Shown here piece after piece: positions 37,069 through 50,111 of a DNA stretch of 64,000 nucleotides. The position numbers and the translations under genes are program-made. Numbering within the stretch: position 1 is the stretch's first letter; every line of letters begins with the position of its first letter. Source of the stretch: an uncultured Hormoscilla sp. GTDB lineage: Bacteria; Cyanobacteriota; Cyanobacteriia; Cyanobacteriales; Desertifilaceae. The stretch is from NCBI GenBank assembly GCA_963921275.4, contig OZ001293.3, positions 1,024,001-1,088,000 on the forward strand, in the 5' to 3' direction. Under the pieces are notes generated by a model. That model was not told the origin of the DNA. It searched no databases and saw only the letters and a list, made by a program, of their open reading frames with translations.

Positions 37069-40000
37069 CAAGTAGAGGCGATAGATCCGGATGGTGACGA
37101 GTTAACCTATGAGTTAGTATCGGGACCAGAGGGGTTAACAATAGATCCCATGACAGGGGAAATAAGAGGGGGGAGGGATGCTCTTAGAGATGTATCGTTA
37201 GAACGGCGAATCTTTTTTGGAGAAGATTTAGCACTAGCATATTCGGAATCAGAGAGAATTGAAACGCCTAACTCGCTGCAAGCACGGGATGAATTTTTAG
37301 GAGCTTTAACGGGTTGGGAAACGGAAGACTTTGAAAGTTATAATACGGAAGAAATAATAAGAGCATTGAAGTTGGGAGAAGGTAGAGCAGACCTGGTAAA
37401 TGAATCAGGGAAAATCCAAAGAGCTGAAATACAATCAGTAATAGAAGGGGGTGCGATTAGGGGAAGTTTCCCATTATCGGGTATAAATTTTATTAATGAC
37501 TTTCAAAAAGTATATGCTATAGAGTTTGACGAACCAAAATCAGCATTCGGTTTTTTCGTAACTGATGTTGGCGATTTTGAGGGTGAACTGAGTATAGGAT
37601 TAACGTATGAAGATGAATCGAGAGAAGCTCTAGAGGTACCTCATACAATTAATGCGAGGTCAGGGTCAGCGCTATATTTCGGTTTGATAGATGCTGAAAA
37701 GAGTTTTACGAGAATAGAGCTGATTAATACAAGGTATTTCCATGATGCATTTGGATATGACGATATAACGATAGCAACTCCCAAGCCAATTCGCTGTCCA
37801 TTAATTCCGGTCACGGTCAAAGTGAAGGATGACGGTGGAGGCGTAGATACCCAAAGTTTTGACTTGAAGCCCTGCATTAAAGAGAATTTGCTCTCAATTG
37901 AAGATGCAAGGATAACGGAAGGTTCGTCTGGGACGACAGAGGTGGAACTGACGGTCAGTTTGTCCGAGGAAAGCGACCAACCAATTACGGTAGATTTTGC
38001 GACAGTGGAGGGAACGGCGATCGCCCCATCAGATTACACCTCAGCTAGCGGCAGCCTAACCTTTAATCCTGGCGACCCTTTAACTCAGACTATTACTATC
38101 TCGGTATTGCCGGATACAGATATCGAACTGGATGAAACATTTGTGGTAGAATTATCTAACGCAAGGAACGCAACTATAGCGAGAGAGCGGGCGACGGTAA
38201 CTATCATAAATGACGACACGTATTTTGTCTCAATTGAAGATGTAACAATAACGGAAGGTTCTAACGGGACGACAGAGGCAGAACTGACGGTCAGTTTGTC
38301 GGGGGAAAGCGACCAACCTATTACAGTAGATTTTGCGACAGTGGAGGGAACGGCGATCGCCCCATCAGATTACACTGCGGCTAGCGGCACCCTAACCTTT
38401 AATCCTGGCGACCCTTTAACTCAGACTATTACTATTTCGGTATTGCCCGACACAGATGTAGAACTGGATGAGGAATTCGTTGTAGAATTATCTAACGCGA
38501 CGAATGCAACTATAGCGAGGGAGCGGGCAACGGTAACTATCATAAATGATGACACGTATTTTGTCTCGATTGAAGATGCAACAATAACGGAAGGTTCTAA
38601 CGGGACGACAGAGGTGGAACTGACAGTCAGTTTGTCGGGGGAAAGCGACCAACCTATTACAGTAGATTTTGCGACAGTGGAGGGAACGGCGATCGCCCCA
38701 GAAGACTATACTGCCGCTAGCGGCACCCTAACCTTTAATCCTGGCGACCCTTTAACTCAGACTATTACTATTTCGGTATTGCCGGATACAGATGTAGAAC
38801 TGGATGAAACATTTGTTGTAGAATTATTTAACGCGACGAATGCAACTATAGCGAAGGAGCGGGCGACGGTAACTATCATAAATGATGACACGTATTTTGT
38901 CTCGATTGAAGACGTAACGATAACAGAAGGTTCTAACGGGACGACAGAGGTGGAACTGACTGTCAGTTTGTCAGGGCAGGGGAACGAAGCGATTACTGTA
39001 GATTTGGCGACGGGAGATGGAACGGCGATCGCCTCATCAGATTACACGGCCGCTAGCGGCACCCTAACCTTTAATCCTGGCGACCCTTTAACTCAGACTA
39101 TTATTGTTTCGGTATTGCCGGATACAGATGTCGAGCTGGATGAGGAATTTGTTGTAGAATTATCTAACGCGACGAATGCAACTATAGCGAAGGAGCGGGC
39201 AACGGTAACTATCATAAATGACGACAGGTATTTTGTCTCGATTGAAGATGTAACAATAACGGAAGGTTCTTCAGGGACGACAAAGGTGGAACTGACAGTC
39301 AGTTTGTCGGGGGAAAGCGACCAACCTATTACAGTAGATTTTGCAACGGTGGAGGGAACGGCGATCGCCCCAGAAGATTATACGGCAACTAGCGGCACCC
39401 TAACCTTTAATCCTGGCGACCCTTTAACTCAGACTATTACTATTTCGGTATTGCCCGACACAGATGTAGAACTGGATGAGGAATTCGTTGTAGAATTATC
39501 TAACGCGACGAATGCAACTATAGCGAAGGAGCGGGCAACGGTAACTATCATAAATGATGACACGTATTTTGTCTCGATTGAAGATGCAACAATAACGGAA
39601 GGTTCTAACGGGACGACAGAGGTGGAACTGACAGTCAGTTTGTCGGGGGAAAGCGACCAACCTATTACAGTAGATTTTGCGACAGTGGAGGGAACGGCGA
39701 TCGCCCCAGAAGACTATACTGCCGCTAGCGGCACCCTAACCTTTAATCCTGGCGACCCTTTAACTCAGACTATTACTATCTCGGTATTGCCGGATACAGA
39801 TATCGAACTGGATGAAACATTTGTGGTAGAATTATCTAACGCAACGAACGTAACGATATTAGACGCGCAAGCAACGGTAACGGTCATAAATGACGACATT
39901 ATAGCAAACGCGGCTCCCGAATTTACTACTACACCGGTTGATGAAGCTGCGGTAGGCATTGATTATATTTATGAAGCTGGGGCTCACGACTCCGATGGAG

Positions 40001-43000
40001 ACCCACTGACTTACGAGTTATTATCACCACTAGAGGGCATCTCCGTCGATAGGGATACGGGGATTTTAACCTGGAGGACGACAACATCGGACATCGGCAC
40101 CCATTTGATCGTTCTGCAAGTATCTGATGGCTTTGGGGGGATTGACCGACAGAATTATACTTTAGAAGTTAGCACCCCGCCACCTAATCTACCGCCCCTA
40201 TTTACCTCCCCACCAATAGTTGATGCCAGAGTTAATACAGCTTATAGTTACATTCCCACAGTTATAGATCCCGATGGCGACTTGTTGAGTATAAGTTTAG
40301 TGGACGGTCCGGAAGGAATGGTCCTTAACCCCGATACTTTTGAGGTAACTTGGACGCCAACAAGCGACCAGTTGGTAATTTATGATGTCACCCTGAGGGT
40401 AACAGATGGACGGGGTGGGATAGCAGAGCAAAAATTTTCGGTTCTGACACTCCTGGAAGCAGGAAATGCACCGCCTCTGATTGTATCGTCGCCAGAAACG
40501 AAGGTTTATCTCGGTGCTGACTATGTCTATCAAGTAGAGGCTGTAGACCCGGATGCTGACGAGTTAACCTATGAGTTAGTTTCCGGACCAGAGGGGTTAA
40601 CAATCGATCCCATTACAGGCGAAATTATCGGAACCTTCGATGCTATAGGCGGAGAAAAATCATCAGTTACAGTGCAAGTGAAGGATGGTCGGGGAGGCGT
40701 AGATACCCAAAGTTTTGACTTGAATATCAGCGCCAGGGGCAAAATTACAGGTCGTGTTGTCGAAGAGTTAGGAAATCAGGCGAAGACAACTATTGTTTAT
40801 TTTAAGGATTTTGAAAATGCTAAGGATTTATTAACTGAATGGTCAAACCCAGAGATAGCTACAGCTCCAATCAGTTCTCAGCAGTTTCTCGGAGAATACG
40901 GAGGTACATTTTATGAGGATGAACCGTCAAAGAGAAAAGCTACTCTTACACTCACCGACTTAGCAGAACACGATACGGTGACGGTCAACTTCCAATTATA
41001 TATTCTCAAATCCTGGGATGGCTATGCTCAAAGATTTCCCTGGAATGGTCCCGACTTCTGGGAATTAAAGGTCGGAGAAGAAAGCTTACTGCATACGCTT
41101 TTCAGCAATAACGAACAGTATAATGAGCCTCAACAATATCCTGGCAATCTGGGCGAAACACACCCCCCTCATCAGGGAGCTTCCGCAGTGGGAACTCTGG
41201 GATACACTTACTTTGGCAGAGATGCTACCTATGACCTGTCGTTGACATTTGCTCATGACGATTCAACTCTAGAATTGAATTTCCTAGGCGGTTCTAATCA
41301 AGAAATATGGGATGAAAGTTGGGGTTTAGATAATGTTGAGGTCCGAGTGAGTTCTCAACAACCAAAGGGAATCGCTAACGCCTTTGTTTATTTAGATAGC
41401 AATGACAACCGCCAACGAGATCCTGGGGAATTGTTTACTCAAACTGATGAGGAAGGTCGCTACGAATTTATTCTCGAACCAGGGGTTTATACAGTTGCGC
41501 AAAATCACCCTCTAGGTTGGACTCAGGTAACGCCAGAGTTGTCAGTTCATACTGTTACTTTAGAAGACGGTCAAACACTAACAGATTTAGATTTCAGTAA
41601 TAGTGGTAGCGAAGCTGAAAATGAACCACCTGTTTTGATCAGTACGCCTCCAACTGAAGCGGTAATTTGTCTGCCATTTCGATATCGCGCTCTAGCAGAG
41701 GATGGGAATGGAAACCCTTTAAGTTATGCCTTGTTAGTTAAGCCTTCGGGAATGGTTATAGATGAAGGGAGCGGACAGATTGTTTGGACTCTTACTGAAG
41801 AACAACAAGGAGAGACTGCGGTCATTATACAAGTCTCTGACGGTCAGGGGTTGACCGATATACAATCGTTTCAGTTGGGGGTTTTACCATTTAATACTTT
41901 ACCAGTTTTTACTAACCAGACAAAGGGGATAACAGCTAGAGAGAATCAACCGTTTGAATATCAGTTTCAAGCTATTGATGCGGAGGGTTCTCAAATCAAA
42001 TACAGGTTAGAAGGAGAACCGGTCGGGGTGACAATAGATACGGAAACGGGGTTAATTCAATGGACGCCTACAGATTCTCAGGTAGGGAGTCACTCTTTTG
42101 CCGTTATAGCTAGGGATGTGCGCAATGGAGAAGCTATCCAATTAGTAACTATCTCGGTGATGGGGTTGACTACTAATTCTGACCCTCTGATTACGTCTCA
42201 ACCTCGGGAAGGCGTGAAGTTGGGAAGTGATTATCTCTATCAATTAGAGGTGTTTGACCCCGATAATAATCCGCTGGAAATAACGCTGTCCGGCCCAATT
42301 GGGATGGAAATTGATGGGGATGGATTGGTATTCTGGCGACCCACTGCTGTACAATTTGGACCGAATGAGGTGGCGATCGCTGTCTCGGACTCCCTGGGAG
42401 GGGTTACCAGACAAGAGTTTACGATTTCCGTCACATCTCAAGATCCAAACAGTCCGCCGTCAATTACATCGACCCCGAGTTTCGGGGCGGTGGCGGGACA
42501 AGAATACGAATATAATTTGACCGAGACTGACCCGGATGGGGACTTGCTATTGTGGGAACTTACAAAGGCCCCGGCGGGAATGACGCTGGATGCTTTGTCA
42601 GGGTTTTTACACTGGACGCCTGAGGTCTCTCAGGTAGGAAATCATCCTATTGATATCCGGTTGTTAGATAGTCGCGGTGCCTTTACGGGTCAAGCTTTTG
42701 AAATTGATGTGAGGGGTGTAAATACTCCACCCATTATTACATCACCGCCAATTACCGCCGCTGCGGTGGATAAACCTTATGAGTATCAAGTGATAGCAAG
42801 GGATGCAGAAAATGATGTTCTGACTTATAGCTTGACCGGTGCAGTACCCGAGGGCATGACGATTAATAGCGCCACGGGATTGATTTCATGGACGCCGAAG
42901 AACTCTCAGGTAGGGTTGGAGAATGTGTCGGTGCTGGTCTCAGATAGTTTGGGGGCGATCGCTTCTCAAGATTATGGAATAATAGTAGAATCGGTGGCAG

Positions 43001-46000
43001 CTAACCTACCTCCGGCAATTACGTCAGTGCCGATCTACGGTGCGGCGGCGGGAGAGGTTTATTCCTATATGCTTGAGGCGACGGACCCCGAGGGTGAAAG
43101 CTTGACCTATCAATTACTTTCGGGACCGCCAGGGATGAGTCTTAGCGAGACGGGTTTGTTGTCTTGGGAACCCACAGTAGGGGATGTGGGATTGTACGAT
43201 ATCCACCTGGGTGTTGTTGACCCCAAGGGGTTAGGTGGGGCGCAGCAATTTGCTCTCACTGTACGGTCAAATAACGCTCCTAATATTGTTTCAGCACCGG
43301 TGATAACGGCGACACCAGGACTGCTTTATTCCTATCCGGTATTGGCGGTGGATGCAGATAACGATCTGTTGAGTTACAGGTTAGTTAATGGTCCTACGGA
43401 TGCGACAATAGATGCAGCGGGGATTATTAGTTGGATGCCCCGATCGGGTTCTTCTGGCGACGAAGAGTTTTCCGTGAGGGTAACGGATACTTTTGGTGCA
43501 GCTTCTACGCAAAGTTTTACGGTTTCTTTGCAGGGTGACGATACTCCTCCAGAGGTAACCCTATTGCAGAGTTTCAATTTTGTCTATACGGGACAGTCCC
43601 AGACTTTGTGGACTTCTGCGACTGATGATGTGGGGGTAGAAACTCTGGACTTGAGGATAGATGGCGAATTTGTTGCTTTGTCTCCTGATGGGGTGGCGAC
43701 GGTTAGTTTTGATAACCCGGGGTTATATGAGGCGATCGCCACGGCCACGGATGCGGCAGGAAATTCGGCGTCGGCGTCAGCTACCATAGAGGTGTTGGGT
43801 AAAAGTGACGGGTCATCTCCAGTAATAGAACTCGACCCTCTACCGGACGATCTGGTGACCAATGTTATTGAGTTGACGGGTACGATCTCTGACGATAATT
43901 TGGCAGAGTACAGGTTTGAGGTGGCGCCAGTTGGCAGTAATGATTTCGTAACGATATTCACGGGAACTGAAAAGGTAACAGATGGGGTGTTAGGAGAGTT
44001 TGACTCGACTTTATTGCAGAATGATTCTTATACCCTGCGGGTGATAGCAACGGATACTTCTGGAGAGAGTTCTCTTGTTTCCGAAACAGTTGATGTGGGT
44101 GGTGACTTGAAGTTGGGCAATTTCCAACTTAGTTTTACTGACCTGGAGGTGCCAGTTTCGGGCATTCCTATTAGCGTGACCCGCACTTATGATAGTCTGG
44201 GGGTGGGAACGCAAGATGATTTTGGCCCGGGTTGGCGTCTGGAGTTCCGGGATACAGAGCTGCGCACTTCTTTGGGACGGGATGAAATTTATGAGACTGT
44301 TGGCATTCGTTCAAAAGCTTTTACTGATAACACGCGGGTATACGTTACTCTACCTGGTGGGAAGCGGGAAACTTTTACTTTCTCTCCGACGCCCGATCGC
44401 CTGAGTCGGTACGTGACCAGTCCTAATGGCGAGGGCGGTTTGTTCCACCCGGCGTTTACGGCCCAAGATGGTTCCAACAATACTCTGACTGTTAAGGATG
44501 TGTTCCTGACTCGCAACCCTAATGGCGAATATGTGGCCTTGAGTGGCACTCCCTATAACTCGGAAGATTCTTTCTTTGGCGGTTCCTATACTCTTACTAC
44601 TAAGAAAGGTATTGTTTATGAGATCGATGCTACAACCGGTGACTTGCAGACGGTGACCGATCGCAATGGCAATACTCTCATTTATACTGATGAAGGGATC
44701 TCTAGCGATACTGGGGTAGAGGTTATTTTTGAACGGGATGCGCAAGGGAGGATCTCTAGCGTTATTGACCCGGCTGGTGAGAAGATTGTCTACTCCTACG
44801 ATGCCGTTACTGGAAACCTGGTCGGGGTGCGCGATCGGGCCAACAATACTACTACATTTGACTATGAAGCAGAAGAACGTCCCCATTACTTGACGGGAAT
44901 AAACGATCCTCTGGGACGGGAAGCGGTGCGCAACGAGTATGATGAGTCCGGGCGTCTGAAGCGGATCCTGGATGTGAATGGGGAAGCAGTTGAGTTAGAG
45001 TACGATCGGGATAATTATACTCAGACAGTTAAGGATGTGTTTGGAAATTCCACGACCTACGTGTATGATGAGAGGGGGAACGTTCTCACGGAAGTAGATC
45101 CGGTAGGGTTGGTGATCAAACGGACCTATGATGATGACAATAATATGCTGACTGAGACCATCATTACTGATGAAAGCGGTCCGGAAGGGTACACCACCAC
45201 CTACAGTTATGACGGAAATGGAAACTTGCTTTCCACGACCGCTCCTTTAGGAGACACCACTTTCAAGACTTATGACAGTAATAATAACCTGCTTTCAACA
45301 ACAGATTCTCTAGGCAACACCACAAGCTCCACCTACGACAGTCGTGGTAACAAGACTGCCGTTACATACCCTGATGGCTCGGTGGCGACGTTTAGTTACG
45401 ATCGCGCTGGCAATCTGACTGCCATTACTGATGGTGGAACTCTGATGGTCAGCTCTGAGTATGATAACGCTGGTCGCGTAATTCGCCAGGTAGATGCAAA
45501 CGGCGAAGAGACAGCGTTTACCTACGACGCAAATGGTAACCGTCTAACAGAGACAAGGACAGTAGAGGGGCGCACGCTCACCAGTACCCTTACCTACGAT
45601 CGCTCTGGACGGATGACCTCCTACACGGACTTTGGTGGTAATGTATCGAGTTTTGAGTACAATGCTGCTGGAAATCGGATTGCGTCCACAGACGGACTCG
45701 GTCGCCGTACCGAATATCGCTACAACGAAAGCGGAGCACTTGTAGAGACGATTTTCCCTGACGACACGCCAGAGGACATGTCCGATAATCCCAGAACTCG
45801 CATTGAGTACGATGCTGCTGGACGGGAAAAAGCTCGCATTGACCAGCTAGGACGTCGCACAGAATTTATTACGACCCAGTCGGACAGCCGATCTCCACAG
45901 TATTTCCCGACGACACGCCGGACGATCCGCTCGATAATCCCCGCACCCGAACTGAATATAGTCTAGCTGGCGACGTAGTTGCCCAGATTGACGAGCTGGG

Positions 46001-46010
46001 CAACCGAACG
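37069..46010 (+). pseudogene. Giant surface protein: 6 Calx-beta repeats, many putative Ig repeats, YD/RHS repeats; 3' truncated
   Basis: 2938-aa ORF; DY...SGTLTFNPG repeats, DPDGD.LTY repeats, YD repeats; no RHS-core end or toxin tip. Confidence 0.9.
37891..39900 (+). repeat. Six tandem 336-bp Calx-beta coding repeats
   Basis: ATTGAAGA at 37897, 38233, 38569, 38905, 39241 and 39577. Confidence 0.93.
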
Positions 46011-46644
46011 GACTCTCCAGATTTCTTTGACTGAAAACTTGCAACGGAAAGACCTCAACCCTGTAGAGGAAACAGAAGGAATTTTATCGTTATTATCGAT
46101 TAGACTAGGTTGCTCTGTGGAGGCGGTTGTTTCTATCCTTTATAAACTCCAAAACAAAGTCAAAAAAAAAGTTACGGCTGAGCTTGATGATGCTTCTTTA
46201 GAAGCAGTAACGAATGTTTTTCAAGAATTAGGGTTGATGAGTTGGGAGTCTTTTATCAGCAATCGCCTCCCCTTGCTCAATTTACCCCTTGACATCTTAG
46301 AAGTAATACGTCAAGGTAAAGTATCTTACACTAAAGCTAAAGCGATCGCGTCCCTAAAAGACCAAGAAGCAAGAAGCAAGCTATTGTTTCTTGCTATTGA
46401 TGAAAAATTATCGTTAGCAGCAATCAAAAAAAAAATATCCCAACTAAAGACAAAACAAAAAACAACATCCCCTAAGATTCAAATCAAGGAGATTAGTCGC
46501 CGATTGAACCAAGCTCAGCTCTGGAAAAAAGACCAGAAGCGATGGGAGCGAGTGCAGAGTTATCTGAATAAAATCGAAGCTATATTAACCGAAGGGAAAA
46601 ATCCTCATCCAGAAGATGTCGTTGGTACTGAATCGGATTATTAG
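46011..46644 (+). pseudogene. ParB/Spo0J-family protein lacking its N-terminus
   Basis: LTENLQRKDLNPVEE motif begins right after the junction with RHS sequence. Confidence 0.85.
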
Positions 46645-46740
46645 CAATCCAGTTAAAATTGTGGAAAGGGGCGTTGAATAAACCTAACGCATTGATATTG
46701 ATACCCATGCAACAGTGTGTAAAAATGTGGTAAGATAAGA

Positions 46741-46864
46741 CAATACTTCGGACTTGTTGTTAGTGACAACAGTAGAATGCGGATTTCGTACTCGGAAATG
46801 GTCCCCATCACCAACAATAAAATGAGAATTTCAGCCAATGACTGGAAAAATGTCCGGACTATTG
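46741..46864. mobile_element. ~125-bp MITE-like element
   Basis: Ends CAATACTTCGGAC / GTCCGGACTATTG; homolog at 60483-60605. Confidence 0.7.
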
Positions 46865-46983
46865 ATAAGAAAAAGCAGGAGAATTAGCTCTCAGCCGAAA
46901 TTGATTCAGCTATCCGAAGTTTCGCTCAACAATCCACTGCTGGGGCAACCGCTCCAAAAATAAAGGTTCGTTCGATATTATCG

Positions 46984-49023
46984 TTGACATCAGAGATGCT
47001 ACCAGAAGTACAAAAGGATCACTGGCCTAGATGGCCAGAAGTAGACCGCGATACATTCGATGCGGTCAACGCCAGTCTATACACTAGGCGCTGGGCGCTC
47101 GCTAGCGCTCCTAATCGAGGCGGCAGCAGCATCGACCGCGCCGAAGCTCAACTCGCAGCCTTATTTGGACGCGCTTTTGGCATTACAACTTGCAATGGTT
47201 CCGCTGCCATTGTCATTGCCCTACAAGCTTTGGGCATTGGGGCGGGCGATCGCGTCTTAGTCACCGCTCTAACCTGGGTAGGCTGTGCTACTGCCATCCT
47301 GCGTGTCGGGGCAGTGCCAGTGTTCGCTGACTCTGGAGACAATACGCAGCTAATGGCAATTTCCGAGTCTCAGTGCGCCCAGTGGGGGAAAATTAATGCC
47401 ATCCTGGCAGTCCACCTCTATGCCTCGCAACTGGAGATCGAAACTTGGCGGCAAGCCTTCCCTGGCGTGCCCATTATCGAAGACTGTTCCCACTGCCAAG
47501 GGGCTCTTGACCCTACAGGGCGTCCCTTGGGCTCCAGGGGAGAAATTGCTATTTGTAGCTTGCAAGGCAGTAAAATTATCACTTGCGGTGAAGGCGGGGC
47601 AGCATTGACAGACAATCCCGAATTAGCCCAGCGCCTAGCCGCCTTGCGTGCTGACTCGCGGGTGCGCCCCCAGGAATTTAGTCTCTGGCGAGAGGTAGAT
47701 TTAGAACCATCCCCCCTGGTACACGGCGCTAACTTTGCCCTCTTAGAGATTGCCGCCGGACTATTGCTAGATCAATTACAACGGTTTCCAGAGCAGGCTA
47801 AAAGGCGAGCGCAAGGTCTAGAACATTTTCGGTCTGCCTCGCAAAAATTGGGATTGGAAGTAATTGGCGATCGACCCAGCTGGCAATCAGGATCTTTTTA
47901 TGGTGTCATGGTTTGGCTAGGAGAAAATTTCTTTCAAAAGACCAACAGAGAAGACTGGCTGCGCCAAGTAAAGCAGAATTGCCGCATTGCCCTGTCTCCG
48001 GTATATCCGCCTATCCCCCAGTCGCCCTTGTATCGCCCGGCGGTCATGAAGCAGTATGCTAACCTAGCAACAGCTAATTTTGACCTGAATCATGCTAAGA
48101 AATGGCATGACAGTGGATTAGTAATCCCCCATTGGGCGTTCTTAGCTGCCCCTGCTACCCTAGTAAATTTAGCCGAAACTTTAGATGCCCTGAGAAACAA
48201 TAAAACTCCATCAGCGGCAGTACAGTCGCAGACACCTACCTCCACTAACTACCCAGAAATCGCTGTAGTAATTCTCACTAACGGTAAGCGTCCAACTTTA
48301 CCGCTAGCGCTAGCCAGCGTTGCGGCCCAAGATTATCCTGGTAGCGTGAAAGTGCTGATTCTCAAAGATGAGACAGACAGCAGTCAAAAAGTCCCTATTG
48401 ATTATTCTTCTAGCTTCCCTGCGGCTAAAGAAATTAGCATCCAAACCAAAGAAGTATGGCAGGATTGCCCGCTTGTAGCCAGAATAGCTCGGTTGCGGAA
48501 TTTGGCCCTAGAGTTTGTTAGCAGCCCCCTAGTATGTTTCCTCGACGACGATAACACCTGGGAATCTCATCACTTATCGAGTTTGTGGCAAGTCATGGCA
48601 GCAGAGGGAGTGCCTGCCGCCCATAGCTGGCGGCGCTTGCTTAATCCAGACGGGACAAATTGGCAGGGCGATCGCTTTCCTTGGCTGCCTCCTGGCAAGA
48701 CCGAAAAACACCGCTACGCCATCTATCGAGAATGTGGTATGTTTAGTCCTGGCAGTAGTATAATCAAGGATACCGTCTCTTTGCTTGTAGGAACAGAAGA
48801 CTTCGGCATGGTAGATATGGGCGAGTGGCTGCTAGAGACAACTTTAATCCGGCAATTGCGATTTTATACCACCTACTCAAAGTCAGAAATCGCCAATATG
48901 TGTGGAGAAGATGACAAACTCTTAAACTGCTTGCGTCAGTTTGGTATTGACATCGCCTGCACCAAGCAACCAACCTTAATCTACCAACTCGGTGGAATGT
49001 CCAACACCTTTGCTAACCTATAG
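46984..49023 (+). CDS. DegT/DnrJ (inosose-type) aminotransferase fused to a GT2 glycosyltransferase
   Basis: WPRWP, IIEDCSH, SLQGSKIITCGEGG (PLP Lys); C-terminal domain ASVAAQDY...CFLDDDN...LGGMSN. Confidence 0.88.
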   Translation: MTSEMLPEVQKDHWPRWPEVDRDTFDAVNASLYTRRWALASAPNRGGSSIDRAEAQLAALFGRAFGITTCNGSAAIVIALQALGIGAGDRVLVTALTWVGCATAILRVGAVPVFADSGDNTQLMAISESQCAQWGKINAILAVHLYASQLEIETWRQAFPGVPIIEDCSHCQGALDPTGRPLGSRGEIAICSLQGSKIITCGEGGAALTDNPELAQRLAALRADSRVRPQEFSLWREVDLEPSPLVHGANFALLEIAAGLLLDQLQRFPEQAKRRAQGLEHFRSASQKLGLEVIGDRPSWQSGSFYGVMVWLGENFFQKTNREDWLRQVKQNCRIALSPVYPPIPQSPLYRPAVMKQYANLATANFDLNHAKKWHDSGLVIPHWAFLAAPATLVNLAETLDALRNNKTPSAAVQSQTPTSTNYPEIAVVILTNGKRPTLPLALASVAAQDYPGSVKVLILKDETDSSQKVPIDYSSSFPAAKEISIQTKEVWQDCPLVARIARLRNLALEFVSSPLVCFLDDDNTWESHHLSSLWQVMAAEGVPAAHSWRRLLNPDGTNWQGDRFPWLPPGKTEKHRYAIYRECGMFSPGSSIIKDTVSLLVGTEDFGMVDMGEWLLETTLIRQLRFYTTYSKSEIANMCGEDDKLLNCLRQFGIDIACTKQPTLIYQLGGMSNTFANL

Positions 49024-49046
49024 ATAGAAAGGAGCATTGCTAAATC

Positions 49047-50111
49047 ATGATTCGCGAACAAAATCGCTTGCTAAACCTAGACGAATACCGACAAGGCAAA
49101 ACCAACCTCAACAGCCGCCCTCAGTATCTAATTGTAGAGCTAACTCAAGGCTGCAATCTTTACTGTGATATGTGCCGACCTGAGGTAATAAGTACAAAAT
49201 CTCGCCTGATGTCGGCAGAGACATTTCAAAAAATTGCCTCAGAACTTTTTCCTACAGCCAAAATGATAGATTTGCGAGGTTGGGGAGAAAGTCTAATTCT
49301 GCCAAATATACGCGAATATATAGAAACAGCCGTTAGTTTTGACGTTGACATCAGGTTTGTCACTAACCTATCATTTGTGCGGGATGAAATTCTCGATTTG
49401 CTAGTGGAATATGGTTGCTATTTATCCATATCAGTAGATAGCCCCGATCCCGAAACCTTTGCTCGACTGCGACGGGGCGGCAATCTCGTAAAAGTAGAGC
49501 GTAATTTGCGCAAGCTAACAATAGCATATCGTGCTAAGTTTGGCTCTGCCGATCGCATCAACCTAACGACGACCGTACAAAAGCCAGCTTTAGCAACTCT
49601 ACCCAATCTCATCGACTTTGCCGCCAACCTTGGGATTGAGGAAATTCGCCTGTTTGGCGTTACGGTCCCCTGTGATTCGCCCCTAACACTGGACAAGCAA
49701 GAAGCAGAAATTGATGCTACCCTCGCTCAAATGAAAGAGCGCAGTAAATTGCACGGAGTTAAATTAATCGCAGGCACGAAATTGGGTTCTCTTCCCCACA
49801 AACATCCAGACGCTTCCCCTTGTTTTCATCCTTGGAGTTACGTTTATTTTGCTTATGATGGCTCCGTTGGCTTCTGCGATCACTTGATCGGCCCCGACGG
49901 ATCGGAGTATATCTTAGGTAATCTGAATAACTCTAGCTTTGAGGAAATTTGGAATGGAGAGGAGTGGCAAGTTTTGCGGCAAGAACACTTAACAACTCGT
50001 TCGGCTCATGCTCCTTATTTTGAAGAGTGTAGTTGGTGTTATAAGAATCGCTATGTGGATTTTGAGAACTTCTTTTTGCCAGAAGCTAAAGAAGAAATAT
50101 GCAGGCTTTGA
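49047..50111 (+). CDS. Radical SAM protein with a twitch/SPASM-type C-terminus (HygY-like)
   Basis: CNLYCDMC; DLRGWGES; CFHPW...GFCDH...ECSWC. Confidence 0.88.
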   Translation: MIREQNRLLNLDEYRQGKTNLNSRPQYLIVELTQGCNLYCDMCRPEVISTKSRLMSAETFQKIASELFPTAKMIDLRGWGESLILPNIREYIETAVSFDVDIRFVTNLSFVRDEILDLLVEYGCYLSISVDSPDPETFARLRRGGNLVKVERNLRKLTIAYRAKFGSADRINLTTTVQKPALATLPNLIDFAANLGIEEIRLFGVTVPCDSPLTLDKQEAEIDATLAQMKERSKLHGVKLIAGTKLGSLPHKHPDASPCFHPWSYVYFAYDGSVGFCDHLIGPDGSEYILGNLNNSSFEEIWNGEEWQVLRQEHLTTRSAHAPYFEECSWCYKNRYVDFENFFLPEAKEEICRL

